From Felis catus (lineage: Eukaryota), in the NCBI RefSeq assembly GCF_018350175.1, contig NC_058368.1:21888001-21952000 (forward strand): a DNA stretch of 64,000 nucleotides, given 5' to 3'. Of this stretch, positions 13,080-26,250 are shown piece by piece. The translations under genes were made by a program, and so were the position numbers. Below the pieces are notes generated by a model. It did not search any database and was not told the DNA's origin. It saw nothing but the letters and a program-made list of their open reading frames with translations. The number at the start of each line of letters is the position of its first letter. Position 1 is the first letter of the stretch.

Positions 13080-13335
13080 AGAGGCAGTGTAGCATAGTGG
13101 TTAAGAGCACAGCCAGACCTTCTTGGGTTTGGATTCCACGTTTACTACTTATTGGTTGTAGAACCTGAAGCAAGTCACGTAACCTCTCTGTTTCTATTTC
13201 CATATATAAAATGGGGGTGAAATAGTATCTACCTCAGGGTCTCCCTACAGGATTACTATAGGAATTAAATAAGCTAACACATGGAAAGCATTTAGAGCCA
13301 TGTAGCACCTTGTAAATATTCATTAAGTGGGTTTA
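13080..13335 (+). mobile_element. MIR
   Basis: ggcagtgtagcatagtggttaagagc...caagtcacgtaacctctctgtttc...taaaatgggg core. Confidence 0.85.
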
Positions 13336-13423
13336 TTTTTATTTCATGATTACTTACGTGCGTCACAGCTAGAATTTTCACCCTAATGCTAATAATTCTT
13401 TCTTTTTCCCATATCTTGTATAG

Positions 13424-13648
<225 letters not shown>

Positions 13649-14235
13649 TGAGCATGTATGAGACCATGGAAGGAAGAGTGCTTTGTTTCTAGAGTTTCAT
13701 TGATAGTTAACTGGTTTCTGATGGAGGAATATCTGGAGGGTGTTTGCTCCTCACTGTGAATTTTCAGATGCCAAGATTGATCTGCAAGTAAGGATTCCAA
13801 TGTGTCTAAAACTTATTTTTTTGTGTGTGAGATCCAAATAGTCTAATGTTTGTAGGTATTTGTGATTTAATGTAATAAAGAGTTTGACACTAGTTCTTTC
13901 ATCCAATGAAAAAATCAAGTGTGCAGTCTTTAAAGGTAACTGATGATTTTTAAGAAGTTTACTTTTTTGAGAGAGAGAGCATCGCAGGAGGGGCAAAGAG
14001 AGGGAAAGAGAATCTGAGTTTTTTCTTGTGATGAGAACTTTTAAGATTATTAGCAACTTTCAGATATGGAATACAGTATTACTAACGATAGTCATCATGC
14101 TGTACATTATGTCCCCATGACTTACTTATTTTATAACTGGAAGTCTGTACCTTTTGAGCCCTTTTACCCATTTTGTTCAACCCCCAGCCCCCACCTCTGG
14201 AAATCACCAATCCGTTCTCTGTATGTATGAGCTTG

Positions 14236-14237
<2 letters not shown>

Positions 14238-14286
<49 letters not shown>
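14238..14286. repeat. (GT)n microsatellite
   Basis: Uninterrupted GT run. Confidence 0.97.
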
Positions 14287-14289
<3 letters not shown>

Positions 14290-14874
14290 AATTAAAATAC
14301 AGGATGCACAGTGTTCCATTAGTTTCAGTCATGTTTGTCATGCCATGTTTAGCAGAGTGTTAACTGGCTTTTTTCATCAATCCTGTTGTCATCTTTGATG
14401 ACTTTAGAATTTCTTGGGCTAGTCACCAGACATCCTCCATCCTGGTATTCTTGTTTATTTTTAAAAATATACTTAATTTTAAAATTATTATTATGTGGTT
14501 ATTTTCACAAAGGAAAGCAAATGAAGCATGTAAAATAAAAAGCGAATACCTTTTCTCCAGTCTTGTTAATAGTTTGACGTATATCCTTTTGAATTTTTCT
14601 CTATAAAACAATTATATATGGGTGAATATAATTATCTTTTATAAAAAATGGGATTATTATAGGTACTGCTTTTTTCTGCTATTCTGCACCTTTCCTGCTT
14701 AACAACACATACGTTTACCTGAATCTATTATCAGACCATTTATAGCTGTTCTCCATTATAATGGCTCCTTACTTTTCCTTGTCTGGATCGCCCACAGCCG
14801 AAACTCTACTGATGGAAATTTCAGTTGTTTCTAAATTTTTGCTGTTATAAACATTGCAGCCCTGAGTTTCTGTG

Positions 14875-14878
<4 letters not shown>

Positions 14879-14919
<41 letters not shown>
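14879..14919. repeat. (TG)n microsatellite
   Basis: Uninterrupted TG run. Confidence 0.97.
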
Positions 14920-14921
<2 letters not shown>

Positions 14922-16212
14922 CTTTTGTACATTTATGTAAGTAGTCTATAAGAATAAGTTCCCAAGAATAAGATTTCTGGGTTAGGGTGTATGCCATTAA
15001 ATTTTTTGATAGCTGGAGTCAAATTTCTCTGCAGAAAGTTAAAACCTTTTGCACTTACGACATGGAAAGTGCGTTTCACCGTCTCTTGCTAGTACCCTAA
15101 ATTCTATATCCCTCTTTCCCCTCTGTCACATTGCTCTGAAAAACCCCATCTTTGACTCCACGAGACACCTCAGGTTTCTCGTTTGACCAGACCTTTAGTC
15201 TGTTCCTGCTCAGTGATTTTTCCTGTGTCCCACACTTGCTTGTTCTAAACCTTCACCACCGCTGGCAAACCTCTGTCCAGCTCGACTACTTTCAGCTGAT
15301 GATGCCCCTCTCCAGATATCTAAGACATTGTGTTACGTCTTTTAACCTCTTTCCTGTCCATTCCCTCTCTCTTGGTCCCACTGTCACTGCCTTAGTTTCG
15401 GCCCTTGTCTGAGCTCATTTGCTACTGAATGGCTGTCCTGCCTGTAGTCTCATCTAATCTGTTCACCTTTATGTGCCGCCAGCAGGATCTTTCCAAGTTG
15501 TGAATATTAATCTGTTTTGAAATATTTCTGTGGGAGACCCTTACATGCATTCTACTTTTCCCTCATGTGTGTTTTGGCACTTTATCCCTTTAGCCCTTAC
15601 TTTTCCTTCTAGTCTTTTGTCCTGCCACTGTGCTGGATGTGTCCCAGCAGACCACCTCCTCATTTCAGAACCTGCTTCCAGCACATTCTCTGCCCTCTCC
15701 TTGGAATACTTTACTCCCATTTATTGATCCTTCAGCCATGCTCAAATCTCTGCTCTCTGAAAAGTCTTTCCTAAACTTTCTTCCTATAGCTAAGTCCTTT
15801 CTCTTCTCTGCTCCTGTAGTGCCTTGATTGTACCTCTAGAATAGCACTCGCCTCCTGGCTGCAAAAAGTTTGCACGTGTCCATCTTTCCTGTTAAACTGC
15901 GACCAAAAACTTACTCCTAGTGCCTTTTATCATGTCCTGACATACAAAGGGTGCTTAATAATTGTTAAGCAGCATCAACTTCCTCGTGTGTAAAGCAAGA
16001 ATAAATGACTTGCCCAAGGCTATCCAACCAATAAGGCATGGAGGAGGAACTGATGCCAAATTCTGTTATCCCCACCCCCAAAATAATCTTCCATTTGGAG
16101 ATCCCCAGTAGGATCACATAGAGTAGGAATATGGGTGTTTGGAAGTGAAAAATTACTTGATTTGTTTAGGTGGACGGCATTTTTGTATCTTCCTACTTAC
16201 TAACTGTTTTAA

Positions 16213-16431
<219 letters not shown>

Positions 16432-16565
16432 TAGATCCTTTCAGACAATGCCGCATGCCTTCACCCTTCACATTTGAAATTCTGTCTTTCCTAAATTCCC
16501 ATGATGAGAAGGAACACCATGCTGGTGACACATCAGTCTTGGCAAGTAAAAAAAAAAAAACTATT

Positions 16566-16790
16566 GGGGCGCCTGGGTGGCTCAGTCGGTTAAGCATCCG
16601 ACTTCGGCTCAGGTCATGATCTCGCAGTCTGTGAGTTAGAGCCCCGTGTCGGGCTCTGTGCTGACCGCTCAGAGCCTGGAGCCTGCTTCTGATTCTGTGT
16701 CTCCCTCTCTCTCTACCCCTCCCCCGTTCGTGCTCTGTCTCTCTCTCTCTCAAAAATAAACGTTAAAAAAAAAAAATTAAAAAAAAAAAA
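16566..16790 (+). mobile_element. Can-SINE
   Basis: Full GGGGCGCCTGGGTGGCTCAGTCGG head to A tail. Confidence 0.95.
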
Positions 16791-16819
16791 CAGTTGGAAA
16801 AGTCCAGTAGTCTCAATAT

Positions 16820-17247
16820 TTGTTTTTGTTTTTTTAATGTTTTGTTTATTTTATTTTTTTAACTTTTTTAAAAGAGAGACAGAACATGAACAGGGGAGGG
16901 TCAGAGAGAGGGAGACACAGAATCTGAAACAGGCTCCAGGCTCTGAGCTGTCAGCACAGAGCCCGACGCGGGGCTCGAACTCACGGACTGCGAGATCATG
17001 ACCTGAGCCGAAGTCGGCTGCTTAACCGACTGAGCCACCCAGGCGCCCCTGTTTTGTTTATTTTAGAGAGAGAGATATAGTGTGAGCAGGGGAGGAGCAA
17101 AGAGAGAGAGGGAGACACAGAATCCGAAGCAGGCTCTGGGTTCTGAGCTGTCAGCACAGAGCCTGACGCAGGGCTCGAACTCACGGACCTTGAGATCATG
17201 ACCTGAGCCGAAGTCAGATGTTTAACCAACTGAGTCACCCAGATGCC
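16820..17247 (-). mobile_element. Nested Can-SINE pair (inner copy 16854-17049)
   Basis: Two antisense SINE bodies; inner TSD tgttttgtttatttta (16838-16853 / 17050-17065). Confidence 0.92.
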
Positions 17248-17398
17248 TCAATTTTTGGCTCTTCTAATGCTTGTTTAATGTTCCAGAGAATGTCAGTCCA
17301 CACCTGATGATGAGTTGACATTCTGCAGAAGCTGGCTGTATCTTTAAGTAGATGTTTTCCCTGCCCTTCCTGTTTTCCTGTTTATGGTAACCATTTAA

Positions 17399-17554
<156 letters not shown>

Positions 17555-18501
17555 TAACTTGGCTGTACCATGTGTCGGGACTATGTGTGTGTGTTTGGAT
17601 TTGGGATTCTGTGTGCTGGAGCTACGGTGTTTGGCTTTGTCACGCTTCTGTTTATTAATATTGTCATTTTGAACAAAAGAGTTTGAGTAGCAGCCAGAAT
17701 GGACATGCGGTTGATAGGATTCTCATGTGGCTTCCTGAAATAACCTCCTGTGATTGATAGGCATTAATGCATCTTGATATAATTCTCACATTTCCTGTGG
17801 CTCATTTAGTAGGGAAGTAAAATGGGGTCTGTCGCCATGTAGAAATTGAGTGTAGTGTAGACTTTTCCTTTGAGCCAACTAAAACAACTTTTAAATCTGC
17901 TTTTGAAAGGAGATTTTCTGTTTAAATATTGATTTGATTTAATGTGTCTCACTGGAATAGATGCTTTGTTTGTTCAGCCAAATCTTGAAATCTTGAGGTC
18001 TTACCCAGTAAGCTTTAGAGTGTTGACTTGTGATTGCAGGACTGTGCCTAAGAAGCCTACTGAGAAATGTGTTTGGCTTGATGTCCATTTGGATAAGGGT
18101 GTGTAGAGTCCATTACCCCAAGGCCATCGCTTATTTAGAGGCTGTGAGAAGAAGTTGTGTCAAGGAGGTGGTATATTGAAGACAGTGTTTTGTTCTTGTT
18201 TTTTTCATACTGTCTAAGCCCCCAGAACTGTCAAGACAGTTTCTCTCTGTCCACTTTCCTCATTTACTTTGATTTCGAGTCCCTTTTTCCAAGTTTTCCT
18301 CAACAGTATGTATTATTTACCCTAATTCAGAATGAGGTCAGGATGAGAAGTGGGGTGACAAGCAAGGGAAAAACACAATACCCTTGCTGTGATCTTTTGG
18401 TTCTGTCCATATGACTTGAAGCTAATGTCCCTCAGTCCTGGGCTGTTTTTTGCAGCGTTGTAAGCATGGCCTTTTTATCTGCCTTGTGTCCTGTGCTGTA
18501 G

Positions 18502-18952
<451 letters not shown>

Positions 18953-18954
18953 CT

Positions 18955-19470
18955 TTCATTTTAATCGAGGTGAAATTTATGTTCATAAAATTCACCATTT
19001 GAGAGTGTACAATTCAGAGGCATTTAGTACGTTCATAGTGTTGTGCAGCCACCATTTGTATCAAGTTCTGAAACATTTTCATCACTCTGAGAGAAAACCC
19101 TGTACCTGTTTTGCAGTGACTCCCCATTCTCCTTTCTCCAGCCCTGGCAATCACATACTTTGCTTTTAGCTTCTATGGATTTACCTCTCCTGGATATTTC
19201 ATATAAAGGAAATCAGTGTGTGACCTTTTGTGTCTAGCTGCTTTTATGTAATGTTTTCGAGGCTTAACCATGTTGTAGTATATATATTAGTACTCTATTC
19301 CTTTTTATGGCTGAATAATATTCTGTTGTATGTATAGACCGCATTTTTTTAATCCATGCATCTGTTGATGGATGTTTGGGTGGTTTCCACCTTTTGGCTG
19401 TTAAGAATAGTGCCATAATAAACATTTGTGTACAAATATTTGAGTAACCTGTTTTTAAGTGCTTTTGTTA
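18955..19470 (-). mobile_element. Old L1 (L1MB-like) 3' end
   Basis: aaaattcaccatttgagagtgtacaattcag...ttcctttttatggctgaataatatt. Confidence 0.8.
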
Positions 19471-19538
19471 TACTAAATTTATTACATAATTGAATATGAA
19501 CCAGAATGAACTTAAAAAAATTAAAAACTCGTAATTTA

Positions 19539-20012
19539 TTTATTTATTTTCATTATATGAAGTTTATTGTCAAATTGGTTTCCATATAACACCCAGTGCT
19601 CATCCCAAAAGGTGCCCTCCTCAATAACCATCACCCACCCTCCCATCTCTCCCACCCCCCATCAACCCTCAGTTTGTTCTCATTTTTTTTTTTAATTTTT
19701 TTTTTTTTAACGTTTATTTATTTTTGAGACAGAGAGAGACAGAGCATGAACGGGGGAGGGTCAGAGAGAGGGAGACACAGAATCTGAAACAGGCTCCGGG
19801 CTCTGAGCTGTCAGCACAGGGGCCCGATGCAGGGCTCGAACTCACGGACCACGAGATCGTGACCTGAGCCAAAGTCGGCGCTCAACCCACTGAGCCACCC
19901 AGGCGCCCCATTGTTCTCAGTTTTTAAGAGTCTCTTATGCTTTGGCTCTCTTCCACTCTAGCCTCTTTTTTTTTTTTTTTTTTTCCTTTTTTTCCTTCCC
20001 CTCCTCCATGGG
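19539..20012 (-). mobile_element. Short young L1 3' UTR insertion carrying an internal Can-SINE (19683-19909)
   Basis: 17-nt TSD taaaaactcgtaattta (19522-19538 / 20013-20029); SINE TSD ttgttctca; L1 part matches the 3' UTR at 60034-60260. Confidence 0.93.
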
Positions 20013-21981
20013 TAAAAACTCGTAATTTAAAGGGTGACATGTTAACTCCACTTTCTTTCTCACTTTGTCTTTCAACCAGTCTCAAATACTAATTTCAGAA
20101 GGGCACAAAAACCGAGCTATTGCAAAGGGTACTGGAATTTAGGGTGATCTTTGGTTACATAATCTGTCCCTTTTCTAAATATTGTCTTCTTCAGGCGTCC
20201 ATTGACGGAAGAATGGTAAGGTGTCAGAAAGCTGAGTAGCCATTAACAAGATGGGTTTAATCTCTTTTTCTTTTATTTCTTGTTCATTTCTGCATTTTTT
20301 GCGATGTATTTCTTCTAAGTTATTCTTTGTATGCAGAGGAAATAAGTGGATCATGATGGCCCCTGTGCTTGGAAATTAATGTAGCTCTTGTCAACTGTGG
20401 GGTTTGGGTTGCTTAGCAGTTGATATTAAAGACCAGTCTTGTAGTATGTGTCATGCTCGGGTGTATTAGCCAGCTGGCCGGGGCTGTCCCATCATCAGGT
20501 GACCAGTCTTTGTGCTCACGGGGGCAAAGAGTATGTTTAGGAAGAGTTAAGCTGCTGCTCAATTTAATGTGAAATAAACATTTCCAGGTTTTTTAACTAT
20601 AATACAATATTTTTTTGCAGTGAATGTTGTGATTGGAAAATATTTAATTCACAGAATGGGACTGTTTAGCCCTAACTACACATAGGTATAGCATGGACAG
20701 CCAAACACTATGTACATCTTCAGATTCCCAAGTGCTACTTAACCTGGACCCGTTCATAAAAGGCTTCTCCAGGTACTTGCCTCTCAGAAGTCTAATCCTG
20801 AGAAGACATCCTTTTCAGAAGAAAAGTTGTAACGTTTTTTAATGTTAAGTTTGGAAAAAATAAGATTCAGAATATCTCCTAGAGGACTTCTTACCACCTG
20901 CTAAAAGTCAGCAGGGTTTTCTCTTTCAGTTTATGATCTCAGCTGAGTGTTAGGAAGAAAGATGGTGAAATCACACCTCGGAAGAATACTTCTTCTCTAA
21001 AGGGAGTTGTTACACTTGTCAGAAACCAAAATGGGGGAAAGGGTTACTTCAACCCTTAGGACTGATGGCAGAAGTGGAGGCACCGCTCGAAGCTGTTTTG
21101 TGGACGGGTGGGGTAGCAGTCTAGGTTCCTGGACTCCTTACCCATCTGAGTCATTTCCTTTCTTCTGTTTGCCAGAGATCCAGGTTACGGGGTGAGGGGA
21201 AAGCCTGACTTTTGAGAGATTGTCCACTTTCTGCCAGAGCCAAGAGAGCTGTGTGTTGTGGGAGTTCCAGGGAGGGCTTGGGTGAATGCTATTTCCTTGG
21301 GAGGTTCTCATAATAAAGCTCAGGGATGAGCTTACTTGTTAAGTTTCAGCCTAGGTTTTAACAGGTGTCCCTCTAAGAGCAGCAGGCTGCTGAGAGACAC
21401 AGCTCAGTTCTTTGATGGAGTCCCGTTCTCATCTCATGGTAGAAACCTGTCTCCTGTGTTGACAGCACCTGCGTTCAGTGCCAGTGACCTCTGGAATTTT
21501 CTTTGTTTTCCTGTTAGCTGCCTTTTACTGGTTTTCCTTTGTCCACACATAGCACAGGAAGGTGTTACATAATTTGTACAAGTGCCTTTACTTTTCTTCA
21601 TAAGGACATAGTTCTTCTTACATATAACAGTTCTTATCAGGCAATGTGATCATGTTTTTGTAAAACTGTTCCCTTTGAGTATACATTGTTACTAAGTAAA
21701 TTTGCTCTGTTTTTAGATAGCATGTAAGGATTATTTGTACATTAATATTTAGGGCTAATAGGGATGTTTAGATTCCACATACCTAGGAAAAAGGGTTTTT
21801 CTGCATAAGAACATGACTGCTTAGCATTACTACTTTAGTGGTAAGTTTGTTTCTTGACGCTCCTGGAGTTGAATTTACCAACCCCTTGAAACTACCCCAA
21901 AGCAGAGCAAAGGTGTTTTCAGTGTTTCAGTCAAGGAGAATTGATAAATTCTTAGCCCTGGAAGAGAACCACTCAAGTTTT

Positions 21982-22508
21982 CTTTTTTTTTTTTTTTTTT
22001 TAATTAATTTTTAAATTTACATCCAAGTTCCTTGGCATATAGTGCAACAATGATTTCAGGAGTAGCTTTCAGTGATCCATCCCCTACATGTTAATACCCA
22101 GTGCTCATCCCAACAAGTGTCTTCCTTAATGCCCCTTGCCCATTTAGCTCATCCCCCAATCCACAACCCTCCAGCAAACCCTCTGTTCTCTGTATTTAAG
22201 AGTCTCTTATGTTTTATCCCACTCCCTGTTTTTGTATTACTTTTGCCTCCCTTCCCTTAATGTTCATCTGTTTTGTATCTTAAATTCCACGAGTGAAATT
22301 ACATGATATTTGTCTTTCTTTGACAGACTAATTTCGCTTAGCATAATACCCTCCAGTTCCATCCACGTAGTTGCAAATGACAGGATTTCTTTCTTTTTGA
22401 TTGTTGAGTAATACTCCATTGTATATATATACACCACATCTTCTTTATCCATTCATCCGTCGATAGACATTTGGGCTTTTTCCAGTTTGGCGATGCTATA
22501 AACATTGG
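21982..22508 (-). mobile_element. 5'-truncated carnivore L1
   Basis: ORF2 end (ILSFATTWMELEGIMLSEIS); TSD gagaacca(c/a)tcaagtttt at 21964-21981 and 22509-22526. Confidence 0.93.
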
Positions 22509-22595
22509 GAGAACCAATCAAGTTTTAAGTGAGCAGTGATACAATCATGGACTGCCTATAAATTTTTCTTTTCTTTTTTAAATATACATTTAAAA

Positions 22596-22793
22596 GTTTT
22601 TAAATGTTTTATTTTTGTGAGAGAGAGAGAGGGAGAGATTGGGGGAGGGGCAGAGAGAGAGAGAGACAGAATTTGAAGCAGGCTCCCACCTCCAAGCTGG
22701 CTCTCCCCGATGTGGGGCCTGAGCTCACAAACTGTGAGATCATGACCTGAGCCAAAGTCGGACACTCAGCTGACCAAGTCACCCAGGCACCCC
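22596..22793 (-). mobile_element. Can-SINE, diverged
   Basis: Antisense SINE body; TSD aaatatacattt. Confidence 0.88.
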
Positions 22794-22985
22794 TAAAAAA
22801 TATACATTTTTAAATGTCTAACTTCATATATAAGACTGGTAATTGGCCTTTTCAACTACATACATATTTTTTGGTAGTTTATAGACTTAAGATACGTATT
22901 TTAATATGGTGAAATTGATTTGTCAAATAAGGCACAAACTTGAAAAAAATCTGAATTATTCACCTTGCTAATGGTTATCTTTTAG

Positions 22986-23255
<270 letters not shown>

Positions 23256-23392
23256 TAGCCTTGGTAGTAGAGAGAAATGGCGCTACTTACTATATTTGTG
23301 AATAGTATCCATGCATTATCTGTGTGTGTGAGTGTGCACTCATGTGCCTTTTTGAAAAAGCATAATGTGGTAGTAGAAGTATTTGTCTATAT

Positions 23393-23714
23393 ATATATAT
23401 TTTTAATATATATGTATATTGTATATGTATGAATATATATGTATACATATATTTGTGTACATATGTACATATAAATGTATATATAATATATATATTTAAT
23501 AAAATATATGTTTGTTTATTTTTGAGAGGGAGAGAGAGAGATGAAAAACACGAGAGGGAGAGGGGCAGAGAGAGAGGGAGACACAGAATCTGAAGCAGGC
23601 TCCAGGCCCTGAGCTGTCAGCACAGAGCCTGATGCGGGGCTTGAACTCATGAACCGCAAGATCATGATCTGAGCTGAAGTTGGACATTTAACCGAGGGAG
23701 CCACTCAGGCTCCC
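23393..23714 (-). mobile_element. Can-SINE whose tail is a roughly 110-nt TA-rich low-complexity tract
   Basis: TSD tgtctatat (23384-23392 / 23715-23723) encloses both the TA tract and the SINE. Confidence 0.88.
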
Positions 23715-23931
23715 TGTCTATATTGTTTTTTTAAATGAGGTTCTTATGAATTCTTATTTCTATCGACAAATTTACTTACGTGATTAAAAAAATACAAGAG
23801 ATTAGTTAGTGAAAAGTGTGTATGTCCTCTTAAAGATTCACTCCCCCCCCATCAAGAAACTCTCATGGTCAGGAGTGATGGACCTCTGGCCCTGAGGGAC
23901 ATGTGATTCCCAATTAAAGGAATGATCTTTA

Positions 23932-24167
23932 GGGGCGCCTGGGTGGCTCAGTCGGTTAAGCAGCTGACTTCGGCTCAGGTCATGATCTCACAGCCAATGA
24001 GTTCAAGCCCCACGTTGGGCTCTGTGCTGACAGCTCAGAGCCTGGAGCCTGTTTCGGATTCTGTGTCTCCCTCTCTCTGACCCTCCCCCGTTCATGCTCT
24101 GTCTCTCTCTGTCTCAAAAATAAATAAACGTTAAAAAAAATTTTTTTTAAATAAATAAATAAATAAA
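23932..24167 (+). mobile_element. Can-SINE with (TAAA)n tail
   Basis: 17-nt TSD taaaggaatgatcttta (23915-23931 / 24168-24184). Confidence 0.96.
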
Positions 24168-25393
24168 TAAAGGAATGATCTTTAGATATAGTAAATGGAG
24201 TTATTTGTATAAATGTGAGGGAACTTTGTATTTATTAATAACAGTTTGGACTCTTGCCCCCTTAAGGCTGCCATCACTGAGAAGGAGGCACATGAAGTGA
24301 GACCATAGAGAGTTAAACTGGTCCTTTTTGAAATGTAGTTAAAAATCTCTTTACAAAATAACACATTTTAAGGGAACCTAAAAGCCATATATATCATTCA
24401 TTACTAAGAGAGTAAATATCTGAACCAAAGGAATGAAATTATAGACTGGAAAGGTTCCTTCTGGGAACCTGTGGTCAACTAGTCTATTCCTTCCATGCAT
24501 AGTTTTCTGACCCATTTGTCATTCCTTGCCTAGACAACTATTTCTTTTAACTTCTCAGATGAAGTAATTTCTTATGTAGATGGAGCCATTCTTTTGGTTG
24601 TGAATGGATTTTGAAAATATTCTGTTTATTTATACCGTATCTCATTTTAAAAGGATCTGAAGAGATGATTTTTTAAAACTGAAATATGTAGAAAACCCAG
24701 TTTTAGAAATCAATTTTGCATGTAGGTGGCTTTTTACATGCAAATATAACATAAAAAGACCCACTTAGATTTTTTAAAAAATCTGTGATTTTCCTAGTGA
24801 ATGTTTTTTCTGAGTAAGTTAGTAACAGACTTGGGTGTATTGGAGAGAGAGCAGGTCAGAGCAGAGGAACAAAATAGGACTGGCTGTTTTGGAGATGAGT
24901 CAGAAAAGGAGGAAAATTGTCATGTGAGGTAATGTGATAATCATCAGCCTAAATGTGATCCAGTTAACACTGAAAGTGGTTTTAAGAATATGCTGATTAC
25001 TTGAAAATTAAAAACCAAATGAGTTATTTGAATGATGTTGATGTATCGTCAAAGATTTGAACTCTCATTTCTGAATTTCCTTTAATTTTATTGTTTAAAA
25101 TGCATTTCTGTATAATCTTTTTAAGAAAAACGAGGGAGCAAAATCCTTGATCTGGATGAGGACTATCAAAGGCAAACAGTGGTGCACCTGAAGGGCTGGG
25201 TACTTCTAGGCCCTACTTAGAATCCTTAGTATTTAATAGGAGATGCCCATCAGAAAATGCAAGTGAATAGATTCAGAAGGTGAATGTAAAAGCCTGTGCT
25301 AGCTAAAGATTCATAAGCCTGTGAGTGTGAGCCTGAATATAGTAGTAGGTAGGGAGACCTATAAGAGTTGTTGGATTTCGTCAACTTCATTAG

Positions 25394-25636
<243 letters not shown>

Positions 25637-26094
25637 TGAAGTGTAAAAAGTTTCAACTCAGTTGGCTTTTACATGGTTTTTAGAAAATATTTGAAGTAAA
25701 TGTCTTTAAAAATAGTATTGTATAAGTTATTACGGTTCACAATTATAGACCTAGTTTATTTATGGCTATGGACTTATTTTAATTTTAATAATTTTTAATT
25801 TTGTAATATTTTAATTTTTAATACGTTGCTAATGCATTTAGTGTATCCTCTTGGAAACAAAAGAAGGGGGGCAATTCCATTTATTCCCCTTCTTTTGTAC
25901 TGTAGAGGAAGTTGTACAAAGCGAGTGTAGGAGAGGTCTGTTCTGGGGTGGGGAGGGGAGTGAAAAAGAGGATCTATTTAATAACCTTTAGGGTAGCGTT
26001 CATTAAGAAACTTTTGATTCATCTCCATAACTCTTTTCACCAAAATGAAATATATATGTTTATAAATTAGGGGAAAGTATCATAAACTTGGTGA

Positions 26095-26250
<156 letters not shown>

